Virus record (IMG/VR): IMGVR_UViG_3300025161_000004 | Coordinates: 124,001 to 188,000 of that record | DNA: 64,000 bases | Strand: one strand, 5' to 3' | Shown: positions 9,306 to 18,081 of the stretch, piece by piece | Layout of the letters: every line of letters begins with the position of its first letter | Numbering within the stretch: the stretch's first letter is position 1 | Translations under genes and position numbers: made by a program | Notes under the pieces: model-generated | Databases searched by the model: none | Told to the model about the DNA's origin: nothing | The model's input: only the letters and a program-made list of their open reading frames with translations

Positions 9306-9999
9306 TATAAATGAAATAATTAGAGGTAGATGGCAAAAATTTGATCAATGCTATGTATCAGAATATGGTTTAGATGGTGTAATTGAACCGTTCGATACAT
9401 TTGATTTTAGAAATCATTATAAGTTTTATGATAAAGTAGAAACTATAAATTTTCTAAATGAAGAATTACCAGATAATATTTCACCTATAGAATATCAGGT
9501 TAACCCTGAAACAGGTGAAGCACCAGTAGACGCATTTGCATTTAAAAAAGAAACTCAAAATATTAGTGCGGATTTAGCATATAAGAAATTTTTATACGAG
9601 GATTACGTATTTGAAATTTTTGGTGCTGCACCATTGCTTTATAAGAATGTGGATCTTGATTTCGAAAAATTTTATAAAATGTACATGAATAAGTATGATA
9701 TTAGAGTTATCTCAAGAGAGAATTTTTTAAGTATTCCTGCAACGCTTTTCTTTTTAAGTAAAATAAGGTCAAGATATATGAATTATCATTTTTTTGAAGA
9801 TAATGAAACAATTTGGAGTGTGATGGATTGTATTATAACAACTGATCCAGAACTAATTAAATCAAAACCTGAGGGTAAAAAAGTAATTAAGTTTATAAGG
9901 CAATGGAATGAACAATTATCTGGAGATATGAATGTAACCAGTATAGTAGATATAATTGAAAATAAAGATTTTGATAAATTATTTGAAGTACAAGAATAA
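9283..9999 (+). CDS. HAD-fold 5'(3')-deoxyribonucleotidase-like protein
   Basis: N-terminal IIGIDINEII resembles HAD motif I but has DxN/E instead of DxD; the C-terminal ..QWNE.. pattern is typical of the NT5C-like family. Confidence 0.5.
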   Translation: MKPIIGIDINEIIRGRWQKFDQCYVSEYGLDGVIEPFDTFDFRNHYKFYDKVETINFLNEELPDNISPIEYQVNPETGEAPVDAFAFKKETQNISADLAYKKFLYEDYVFEIFGAAPLLYKNVDLDFEKFYKMYMNKYDIRVISRENFLSIPATLFFLSKIRSRYMNYHFFEDNETIWSVMDCIITTDPELIKSKPEGKKVIKFIRQWNEQLSGDMNVTSIVDIIENKDFDKLFEVQE

Positions 10000-10017
10000 A
10001 ACCAAACTAAAAGTAAA

Positions 10018-11169
10018 ATGAATCAGAGAGAAGAACAATTAAAACAAGTAGAACTTGAAAGAATCGAAAAATTAACAAATGCTCTTGACAAATTAAAGGC
10101 AAAAAAAAGTAAATTCATGTTTTTTGTTGCTAATACTTTACAACCATCAGCAGCAATTCACGAAATCTATTTTCATGCTACTTTAGTTAAGAAAATGGGT
10201 TATGAATCAATAATGTTAACTGATGTTGAGGATTATGTTATACCAACATATTTGGATAGCGAGTTAGTGGAATTAGAGCATATTTCTATGGCTAAAGCAC
10301 AGTTAACTGTAGGTCCTGAGGATGTGTTGATTATACCAGAAATATTCTCAAATGTCATGGAACAAACTAAAAATCTACCATGCATTAGAGTAGCATTTAT
10401 ACAGTCAATTGATTTTGCTTTAAATGCATTAATTCCTGCAATGGATTGGAGTTCGTTTGGTATTAAAAAGGTACTTACTACCAGTGAACAATTGAAATCA
10501 TTAATTATTGAATATTTTGGAGAAAATAAATTTGAAATTAGTACCTATACTATAGGTATTCCAGATTATTTTGCACCATCAAAAGAACCGAAAAGACCAG
10601 TTATTTCTATAGTAGGTAGAAATGCAAATGAGATAACTAAAATAGTAAAACTTTTCTATTTAAGATATCCACATTATAGCTGGATCGGTTTTGATACTAT
10701 GCAAACAGAATCAAAACCACCACAACTAATGAGAAGAAAGGATTTTGCCGAAAAACTTTCAAAAAATTTTGCTGCGGTATGGATTGATCGTATTTCTAAC
10801 TTCGGTACTTTTCCTCTTGAATGTATGAAATGTGGTACAATTCCAGTGGCAATTATTCCAGATATTACACCTGAATATTTAATTGATCGAGAAAAGAATG
10901 ATTATGTTCAGAATTGTGGTATATGGACTAATGATTTTTATGCGTTACCAAAATTACTTGGTGATCTCATTACTAAGTTTTTGGATGATAATATTTCAGA
11001 TGAAGTATATACTTCAATGCGAGAAATTGCATCCAAATATAGCATTGAAAAATCTGAATCTGATTTATCAACATATTATAAATCATTGTTAGATGAAAGA
11101 ATCAGAGTTATTGAATCTGAACTTGAAAGATTAAAATCTAAATCAGAAGCAGTTAATACATCTATTTAA
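10018..11169 (+). CDS. Glycosyltransferase, GT-B fold
   Basis: VLIIPEIF, FGTFPLECMKCGTIPV donor-binding signature. Confidence 0.8.
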   Translation: MNQREEQLKQVELERIEKLTNALDKLKAKKSKFMFFVANTLQPSAAIHEIYFHATLVKKMGYESIMLTDVEDYVIPTYLDSELVELEHISMAKAQLTVGPEDVLIIPEIFSNVMEQTKNLPCIRVAFIQSIDFALNALIPAMDWSSFGIKKVLTTSEQLKSLIIEYFGENKFEISTYTIGIPDYFAPSKEPKRPVISIVGRNANEITKIVKLFYLRYPHYSWIGFDTMQTESKPPQLMRRKDFAEKLSKNFAAVWIDRISNFGTFPLECMKCGTIPVAIIPDITPEYLIDREKNDYVQNCGIWTNDFYALPKLLGDLITKFLDDNISDEVYTSMREIASKYSIEKSESDLSTYYKSLLDERIRVIESELERLKSKSEAVNTSI

Positions 11170-11191
11170 TAAAAATTAATAAATTAAACAT

Positions 11192-12016
11192 ATGAACATG
11201 GAATTATCTGTAATTATACCAATTCATGAATATAATGAAACAGTTGAAAAATATCTAAAAATAGCTCTTGATTCCATAAAAAATCAAGAAGATATTAACA
11301 ATGAATTCCCTGATGTTGTTGTAGTTGCAGCATCATCAGCAATAAAGGAAAACCTCGATAAATTAGTACATTCTTTTGGATTACCGTTCACCATTCAAAT
11401 ATTAGTGAATGATCAAGGAAACACATCATTTCAAGGACAAGTTAATTTTGGTGTATCAAAAATTAATACTAAATATTTTACAATCCTTGAATTTGATGAT
11501 GAATTTAGTGTTAGATATTTAAAAAATTATAAACTATATACATCAGTATATCCAAATGTTGATTTGTTTATGCCCATAATTGTTGAGGTTAATGAACAAA
11601 ATCAACCACTTAAATTAACAAACGAACCAGTATGGTCGAAGCAATTTGTTGGTGAAAATGGAGTAATAGGTTATTTAAATTCAAGAGTGTTATCACAATA
11701 TAGTGATTTTAAAATTTCAGGTTCTATTTTTAAAACAGAAGAATATAAAACTAATGGGATGTTAAAGACTAAGATAGAATTAACATTTAATTATGAATTA
11801 CTTCTTAGATATGTAAATATGGGTAGTAAAATTTTTGTAATTCCTAAAACAATTTATAAACATGTTGCAACAAGACCAGATAGTTTATTTGCTAAATATG
11901 CTGTTACTATGACATTAAAAGAGAGAAAATTTTGGTTTGACGTTGCTAAGAAAGAAAGTAATTTTAGTACTGATAGAGAAATTAATAAATCAGAATTATC
12001 GATATCAGTAGTATAA
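11192..12016 (+). CDS. Glycosyltransferase family 2 (GT-A fold)
   Basis: LSVIIPIH...ALDSI...YFTILEFDDE (DxD-like)...YELLLR. Confidence 0.85.
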   Translation: MNMELSVIIPIHEYNETVEKYLKIALDSIKNQEDINNEFPDVVVVAASSAIKENLDKLVHSFGLPFTIQILVNDQGNTSFQGQVNFGVSKINTKYFTILEFDDEFSVRYLKNYKLYTSVYPNVDLFMPIIVEVNEQNQPLKLTNEPVWSKQFVGENGVIGYLNSRVLSQYSDFKISGSIFKTEEYKTNGMLKTKIELTFNYELLLRYVNMGSKIFVIPKTIYKHVATRPDSLFAKYAVTMTLKERKFWFDVAKKESNFSTDREINKSELSISVV

Positions 12017-12045
12017 AATAACATATATTATGATATGCATTATGG

Positions 12046-12870
12046 GTGATGAGAAAGAAAAAGGCTATTAAAAATGTAATTGTAGAGACATCAAGACCAA
12101 CACCTATAGAAAATACGGACGATACAATTAATAAAAATTATTTTGGTGAGAGAGAAGAGAAGGCATTAATTGACTATATCAATAGTGATTCTCCAGATGA
12201 AAGACAATTCATTTATAATACTATTCTAAAAAAGCCATTTCAAAAAATGGTTGAATCAATTTTAAGAAAATATCCTATTCATATAGGTAACTATGATATA
12301 AAAGAAATCGAAATGAATGGGTTGTCTCATCTTATTGAGAATATGGTTAAATTTAACCCAAATAAACTTAATAAAATGGGTCAAAAGGTGAGAGCATTTA
12401 GTTATTGTCAAACTATTGTTCGAAATTATTTTAAAGATCATGGTAGAAAAAGTTATAAAGAGAAAAAAACAATCCTTAGTTTTGATAACTATTCAGAAGA
12501 AATCCTTCATAGAGAGGAATATCTATATGAAATAGATAAAAATGAACATGATGAGTTACAATTATTGATCAATAATGTAATAGCTAAAATAAGAGAAAAA
12601 ATTGATACTGATAAGTCATTAAAAAAAAATGAAATTATTGTTGGAGATGCAATAGTGAATGTATTAGAAAATTGGCATGTATTGTTTTTAGAAGAGACCA
12701 AAGAAGGTAAATTCAACAAAAAAATTACAAATAACTATCAAAAAAATAAGATACTTTTATTTTTAAAAGAGCAAACGGGTTTATCCACAAAAGAAATACG
12801 ATTATCGATGAAATCATTCAAGGATATTTATTTTATTGAAAAAGCCATGTTCTATGGTAATGATGATTAA
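12046..12870 (+). CDS. Phage sigma factor, T4 gp55-like (late transcription)
   Basis: Sigma region-2-like segment KFNPNK...RAFSYCQTIVRNYF. Confidence 0.6.
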   Translation: MMRKKKAIKNVIVETSRPTPIENTDDTINKNYFGEREEKALIDYINSDSPDERQFIYNTILKKPFQKMVESILRKYPIHIGNYDIKEIEMNGLSHLIENMVKFNPNKLNKMGQKVRAFSYCQTIVRNYFKDHGRKSYKEKKTILSFDNYSEEILHREEYLYEIDKNEHDELQLLINNVIAKIREKIDTDKSLKKNEIIVGDAIVNVLENWHVLFLEETKEGKFNKKITNNYQKNKILLFLKEQTGLSTKEIRLSMKSFKDIYFIEKAMFYGNDD

Positions 12871-12885
12871 TTTTTTTTGTAGTCT

Positions 12886-12893
12886 GTATTTAT
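12886..12893 (+). promoter_or_regulatory. Late promoter motif GTATTTAT
   Basis: Between two + strand genes, upstream of the spike operon. Confidence 0.65.
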
Positions 12894-12909
12894 TATAAAT
12901 TTGTTGGTT

Positions 12910-13278
12910 ATGCCTAGAATTAAAAGAAAACAAATTAAATTTGATGAGGAAAGTGCGAACAATTTACTTCAGGAAATTTATAATGACTCGCATAATATTA
13001 GAGCAAAAATTACTATGCTTTTTAGAAAATGGGAAAAATATATTGACGACGAATCTAAAATTGCAGTATTAGGCGAACAAATAGTGAAACTTATTCAAGC
13101 AGAGGCAAAAAATCAAGACCAAAAAATACTTCTTTTAAAGTTCCTAAAAGAAGTCGCATATAAAGACGTTTCTAATAAAGAAAATGGGCAGGATGATTCT
13201 ACTAGTGGTGTAATATCAAATGAGAGAAGAAATGCGCTTTTAAATTTGGTAAAAAATGAATTAGAAGCTAAAAAATAA
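12910..13278 (+). CDS. Hypothetical protein (late operon)
   Basis: ATG at 12910 preferred over the TTG start; helical. Confidence 0.7.
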   Translation: MPRIKRKQIKFDEESANNLLQEIYNDSHNIRAKITMLFRKWEKYIDDESKIAVLGEQIVKLIQAEAKNQDQKILLLKFLKEVAYKDVSNKENGQDDSTSGVISNERRNALLNLVKNELEAKK

Positions 13279-14591
13279 TGGGTTTAATTGATGATAAAAG
13301 AAGTATATTCACCGAAGTAGGTGCTTACATTTCAGTTCAAAAAAATATAAAAAGAACTGATAATCTTAATACTTTTTCGTCTGTAAATAATAAAAAAGAA
13401 CCCATTCCTTTTATGTTGGATTTGATTACTGTCACATCAGGTAGTGAGGCAGTTAAAGGAGTATTCGGTAAAATAATGACCAAATACATTAGAGAAGTGA
13501 CACCAACATTAAAAGATGAACTAAAAAAACTTAATACTCTTCATAATTCAGATACTCCTGTATCTGGTACATTTACTACAACAGGATTTAGAACATCAGC
13601 AAAAAATATTGATGTTTCCGGTAAATTTAATAATGACCCATCTAATGGTGTTGGTAAATTATTATATGGGGATAATGTGAATGATTTTGATAGAAAATCA
13701 TATGATGCTATAGCTAATCCAAATACCGATATAGCATATGGATCAAACATGACCATAAGATACGATGAACTTACAGATGAATTTGTTTATAAAGGTACTA
13801 ATCCATCAATGACAAAAGGAGACTTTATAAACAACTATATTGATAACTTAACTCTTATTGATGAAAAAGAGTTGAATAGTAAGATTCTTGATTCTATTTA
13901 TGGTAATATTAGTTCTAAATCAAAAGATAATACGCTAAACACCGTATTTGAACTTGAGAAATATAATAAAGCTCTTGAAAAGTTACTTGCTGAGGAAGAA
14001 AATATTGATGTATTAGATAGTGAATTAGAAGAAATATTAAAAATTGCTGAACAAAGATATAAAGGTAAAGCAGAAATTCAAATTGGATGTTGTGATTGTA
14101 TTAATGCATCTCTTGATTTAAATGATACTGAAAATTTAATTAGCGTTATTACAGGTAGTAGTGATCCTACATTAGTGGGTGATTTATATGAAAGAACTAT
14201 AGATCAAAGTGTGACTGATCCTTCACAACAAGAATTAAAAAATATAAATAAGGCTACCATTAAAGACGGATTTTTCAAGAGATTAATTAACAACATTGTA
14301 AGAACTATAATGGAAGCCATTACATCAACTCCACAAATAAGAGCATTACAATTAATAGTTAGCGGATTTAAAAATAATGGGGCGGCAACATTGGATTCTC
14401 CAATAAACGAATTAAAGAAAAACAGAAACACTGCAGATTGTTTAGCTAAAACAGTAAAAATATCAATTAATAAATTTATATTTGATTTAGTAAAAAAAGA
14501 ATTGCTTAAAATTGTTTCTGCGGTTTCAGTTGTTATTTTAAGAGAAAAAATAAATCAATTTATAAGAATATTAAGAAGTTTAATTAGTTAA
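13278..14591 (+). CDS. Hypothetical, probably structural protein
   Basis: 437-aa ORF translationally coupled within the late operon that ends in the spike gene. Confidence 0.7.
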   Translation: MGLIDDKRSIFTEVGAYISVQKNIKRTDNLNTFSSVNNKKEPIPFMLDLITVTSGSEAVKGVFGKIMTKYIREVTPTLKDELKKLNTLHNSDTPVSGTFTTTGFRTSAKNIDVSGKFNNDPSNGVGKLLYGDNVNDFDRKSYDAIANPNTDIAYGSNMTIRYDELTDEFVYKGTNPSMTKGDFINNYIDNLTLIDEKELNSKILDSIYGNISSKSKDNTLNTVFELEKYNKALEKLLAEEENIDVLDSELEEILKIAEQRYKGKAEIQIGCCDCINASLDLNDTENLISVITGSSDPTLVGDLYERTIDQSVTDPSQQELKNINKATIKDGFFKRLINNIVRTIMEAITSTPQIRALQLIVSGFKNNGAATLDSPINELKKNRNTADCLAKTVKISINKFIFDLVKKELLKIVSAVSVVILREKINQFIRILRSLIS

Positions 14592-14595
14592 TATT

Positions 14596-14757
14596 ATGAT
14601 AGCAGATAATAAAGTAAAAAACAAATCCTTTGTGGGTGTCTTTTTAATGGATGGCACTGATGATGGAGTAAAATTAGCACTAACAAAAAAACCTAATTTA
14701 ATTAGACGAATTTTAATTAGGATTTTATTAGGATGGGTTTGGTTTGATGTAAAATAA
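14596..14757 (+). CDS. Small hypothetical protein (53 aa)
   Basis: Not in track: MIADNKVKNKSFVGVFLMDGTDDGVKLALTKKPNLIRRILIRILLGWVWFDVK fills the gap exactly. Confidence 0.6.
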   Translation: MIADNKVKNKSFVGVFLMDGTDDGVKLALTKKPNLIRRILIRILLGWVWFDVK

Positions 14758-14785
14758 TAATATTAATAATAATATTATTAATATT

Positions 14786-15193
14786 ATGGCAGTAGATTAT
14801 AGTAACATATCATCGATAATTTCTGGATTTCAGAAAATACTAAAACTACAAACAGCTGGCGCACCAACAGTGTTACCTGCACCAATTCTTTTTGTTGGTG
14901 TAAGAAGGAAAAGTGGTCTATCACCAACAAAAATTGCAAGTAGAATTATTTCTAGAAAAAGTGAAGCTGGTGTACCAATTGGAGCACTGCCAAGTGGTGG
15001 TGTAAGCCCAGATGAAATCATGGAAAGAATTAGAATAGAAGAAATTGTTCGTGGATTTCACGAAGATGCAATTGTAATTGTTGGTATTCCACCCGGTACG
15101 ACAGTGAGTGCTGCAGGTGCTTCACCAGCAGGACCTGTTACTGTGTTTGGCTCTACAATAACATTTACTACTGCATATGGTCAAATACAATAA
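14786..15193 (+). CDS. Hypothetical Gly/Pro/Ala-rich baseplate-associated protein
   Basis: Lies upstream of the spike gene; beta-strand-like C-terminus. Confidence 0.65.
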   Translation: MAVDYSNISSIISGFQKILKLQTAGAPTVLPAPILFVGVRRKSGLSPTKIASRIISRKSEAGVPIGALPSGGVSPDEIMERIRIEEIVRGFHEDAIVIVGIPPGTTVSAAGASPAGPVTVFGSTITFTTAYGQIQ

Positions 15194-15195
15194 TT

Positions 15196-15390
15196 ATGTT
15201 TGAGAATTATACTGATACTGAAATAATAAAAAAAATAGATGATACTGTTAAAGATCACGAACATAAAAAACAAAAAATAATTGATCTAACATATCAGATA
15301 GATACCCTTATAAGTGAATTAGATAAATTAGAAGAACAGTATGTTGCATTAATAGCTGAATTAAATAGAAGAAAAGATGGCATACGATAG
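15196..15390 (+). CDS. Small coiled-coil hypothetical protein
   Basis: Heptad-like pattern; overlaps the next gene. Confidence 0.6.
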   Translation: MFENYTDTEIIKKIDDTVKDHEHKKQKIIDLTYQIDTLISELDKLEEQYVALIAELNRRKDGIR

Positions 15391-16255
15391 AAAGTTTTTA
15401 ATTACCAGTGATCCTTATAGAAGGGATACTAATAAAGACACAACTATAAGAAATGTATACTATGGTGAAGTTGTGAGTATTGATGACCCAACTGAAGGTG
15501 GTAGAATAAAAGTTAGAATATCTGGTATTGACGATAAAAAAACAAATGATAGACTACCTTGGGCATATCCATTATTACCTAAATTTTTTCATGTTTATCC
15601 TAAAGTTGGTGAGGCAGTAAGAATTATTTTAGAAGACGTAAGATATCCAGAGAAGGGTCGTCAATGGATGGGTAGTGTCATATCACAACCACAAACAATA
15701 TATTTTGATGCTTTTGCAAGTGCATTTTCTACAACAGATTTAGCTAGAAATGCTCCAGATAAAGCACCATCAACGTTTCCAAACGCTATTGGAGTGTTTC
15801 CAAAAATTGATGATATTGCATTAATTGGTAGAGACAATACTGATATTATTTTGAGAAATAAAGAAATAGAATTACGTGCAGGCAAGCATGAAGTAAATAA
15901 TGTTCTTAGTTTAAATAAAAAAAACCCGTCATCAATTAAATTAACAATCGAACCAGATGGTTCACAATCTAGTGCTATGATGATGGCAGATAAAATTGCG
16001 ATTATATCACACGATGGTGTACCTAAATTCAAATCTTATGATGTTAATTCTGAAGAAAGAAATAAAATATTCACTCAAGGTCATCCAATGACAAGAGGTG
16101 ATGTTTTGGTTGAAGCACTAGAAATACTAAGAAAAGCAATAATTAATCATATTCACGGTTATAGTGGATTACCTGCAGATAAATCTGGTTCGATTATTGA
16201 TCTTGAAAAGATTAATTTCGAAGGTATTCTTCAAAGAAATATTGTAATTAACTAA
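15377..16255 (+). CDS. Baseplate central spike (gp5/gpV-type OB-fold)
   Basis: GEVVSIDDPTEGGRIKVRI...PWAYP...PKVGEAV OB-fold; C-terminal HIH metal-binding tip motif. Confidence 0.8.
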   Translation: MAYDRKFLITSDPYRRDTNKDTTIRNVYYGEVVSIDDPTEGGRIKVRISGIDDKKTNDRLPWAYPLLPKFFHVYPKVGEAVRIILEDVRYPEKGRQWMGSVISQPQTIYFDAFASAFSTTDLARNAPDKAPSTFPNAIGVFPKIDDIALIGRDNTDIILRNKEIELRAGKHEVNNVLSLNKKNPSSIKLTIEPDGSQSSAMMMADKIAIISHDGVPKFKSYDVNSEERNKIFTQGHPMTRGDVLVEALEILRKAIINHIHGYSGLPADKSGSIIDLEKINFEGILQRNIVIN

Positions 16256-16261
16256 TATTAC

Positions 16262-16292
16262 TTGATTTTTTTCTTAGATATGTATAATATTG
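16262..16292 (+). promoter_or_regulatory. Host-type promoter variant TTG-N20-TAATATTG
   Basis: One mismatch to TAnnTTTG; upstream of the nuclease gene. Confidence 0.4.
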
Positions 16293-16304
16293 CATTTCTA
16301 ATGC

Positions 16305-17105
16305 ATGATTGAAAATCTACCAATATCATTATTTAGTCAATTTAATAATGTCAAATTTTATGATGATGTTCATAAGTATTTTGTTGGCGATAAAGAGTTA
16401 ATTTCAGTTACAACTTTACTTCATAGGTATCAGTCTGAATTTAATAAACAATATTGGTCACAACATAAGGCTGATGAATACCATCTTGATCAAAGAGAAA
16501 TTGAGAGAGCATGGGAATTTTTAAATAAAAAAGCAACCTTAAAAGGTACTATCGTACATAATTATGCCGAAAACTTATGGAATAATAAATTTTTCCCTTA
16601 TCCTAAGGATTTGGTTGTTAATGTATTTGGATATGATCCGATTTATGATGAATTTATAAAGACAAAAAAATTAATTGACATATTTTTTAGTAGGTCTTAT
16701 GGTAGTTTAATTCCAATTAAAACAGAGTATGTGATTTGTGATGTGGAATATGGTATTGGTGGAATGGTTGATTTATTAGCGTATAATGTAAAAAAGAAAG
16801 AGTTTCAGCTATGGGATTATAAAACTAATAAGAAACTTAATACAGAGAATAAAGTGGGAGATACATTAAAAGGTAGTTTATTCCCATTACAAGATTGTGA
16901 GATGGAGATTTATTCGTTACAATTAGGTTTATATAAGAAAATTATAGAAAAAAACACAGGAATTAAGATTGGTAGATGTTATTTAGTATGGGTATCCCAC
17001 ACCAATGATGAACCAATATATCTTGAGGTAAAGGATAGAAGTTCTTATGTTGATATAATGATTAATGAACATATGGCTGAAAACCAACTACTTAAAATCA
17101 CTTGA
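16305..17105 (+). CDS. PD-(D/E)XK (RecB-like) exonuclease
   Basis: GMVDLL...WDYKT...YSLQLGLY motifs; no Fe-S cysteine set. Confidence 0.85.
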   Translation: MIENLPISLFSQFNNVKFYDDVHKYFVGDKELISVTTLLHRYQSEFNKQYWSQHKADEYHLDQREIERAWEFLNKKATLKGTIVHNYAENLWNNKFFPYPKDLVVNVFGYDPIYDEFIKTKKLIDIFFSRSYGSLIPIKTEYVICDVEYGIGGMVDLLAYNVKKKEFQLWDYKTNKKLNTENKVGDTLKGSLFPLQDCEMEIYSLQLGLYKKIIEKNTGIKIGRCYLVWVSHTNDEPIYLEVKDRSSYVDIMINEHMAENQLLKIT

Positions 17106-17132
17106 CAGGTACTTTTTTATTTTGTACTTTTA
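17102..17132 (+). promoter_or_regulatory. Host-type promoter variant TTG-N20-TACTTTTA
   Basis: Upstream of the HTH gene. Confidence 0.45.
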
Positions 17133-17171
17133 CATTTAATAATAAAATTATCCATTTAAATTCAAAAAATC

Positions 17172-17393
17172 ATGGCAACAAAAAAAACAAACAAAAAAAA
17201 TACAATTTCTAAAAAAGAGAAATTGTACAATTACCTTAAAACAGGTAAATCGGTTACTGAGAAAATAGCAATCAATCAATTTAAACTTAAAAATCTAAGG
17301 GCAACAATTTCTGATCTTCGAGAAGAAGGAGTTACTAATATAGTAACTTCACGCACTAAAGATGGAGTATTGAAATACCAGATGGTTCTTTGA
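17172..17393 (+). CDS. Small winged helix-turn-helix DNA-binding protein
   Basis: KLYNYLKTGKSVT...KNLRATISDLREEG. Confidence 0.7.
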   Translation: MATKKTNKKNTISKKEKLYNYLKTGKSVTEKIAINQFKLKNLRATISDLREEGVTNIVTSRTKDGVLKYQMVL

Positions 17394-17409
17394 TTACTTA
17401 AATGATATG

Positions 17410-17441
17410 AAAAAGGGATAGTTTTGACTATCCCTTTTTTT
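17410..17441. terminator. Bidirectional terminator
   Basis: AAAAAGGGATAGT-TTTG-ACTATCCCTTTTT between convergent genes. Confidence 0.85.
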
Positions 17442-17464
17442 ATTTTTTTTTAAATGATTGCTTA

Positions 17465-17953
17465 TTAATAGTTTAAGATACATCTCCAAGGCTGTACAGT
17501 AAATGACACCATTTGCACAGCGTCAGAATCCATAGAGTTGTTACCAAAATCAACACTCGTAATCATGCATTGCTCCAAAAACCATTTTTCTACTTGAACT
17601 CCAGTAGGGTCAAGTGCTTTAATTATGAGATTTTTCTTATATCCAGCAGCATAACCCATACGACCAGTTAATGATTCTGCATGTAGACGAACCCATTCCA
17701 TAATTTGTGTTGACGTAGAAGGGCCTATCGTATCAATTAATTTAATATCAATTGTTTCCCATTTATATTTACCTGCAACATAGTTGGTTTCATTAATAAA
17801 AGGAATTTCAACTGCATTTATTGTCATAGAAGGTCTTTTAACCTCTTGTATTTTCCATTCTTCAATACCTAATTCAGTAGGGAACTCAAGAAAGAATCTA
17901 TTCTCTCTTTTAGGTTCATAATCGAAAGGTATACCACGGATAAGTTCTGCCAT
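17465..17953 (-). CDS. gp19: Tail tube protein (T4 gp19-like)
   Basis: YEPKRENRF...YVAGKYKWETIDI...QIMEWVR...GYAAGYKK...VEKW. Confidence 0.9.
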   Translation of the reverse strand: MAELIRGIPFDYEPKRENRFFLEFPTELGIEEWKIQEVKRPSMTINAVEIPFINETNYVAGKYKWETIDIKLIDTIGPSTSTQIMEWVRLHAESLTGRMGYAAGYKKNLIIKALDPTGVQVEKWFLEQCMITSVDFGNNSMDSDAVQMVSFTVQPWRCILNY

Positions 17954-18010
17954 TTTTTTTTATTTTTTATTATATGAATTATTCTTTAATAATGAACATG
18001 TCATTTTTTT

Positions 18011-18018
18011 ATAAATAC
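18011..18018 (-). promoter_or_regulatory. Late promoter motif GTATTTAT
   Basis: Between the sheath terminator and the tube gene (both minus strand). Confidence 0.7.
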
Positions 18019-18032
18019 TTACTAATTGAAAA

Positions 18033-18066
18033 AAATAAAAACCTGTGTCTCCACAGGTTTTTATTT
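18033..18066 (-). terminator. Rho-independent terminator after sheath gene
   Basis: AAATAAAAACCTGTG-tctc-CACAGGTTTTTATTT. Confidence 0.8.
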
Positions 18067-18081
18067 ATTAATTTTTAATTA

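Noticed and set aside
16305-17105. Cas4 / CRISPR system
   Set aside because: There are no Fe-S cluster cysteines and no repeat-spacer array in the window. The 27-33-bp repeats are spacerless and lie inside a CDS.
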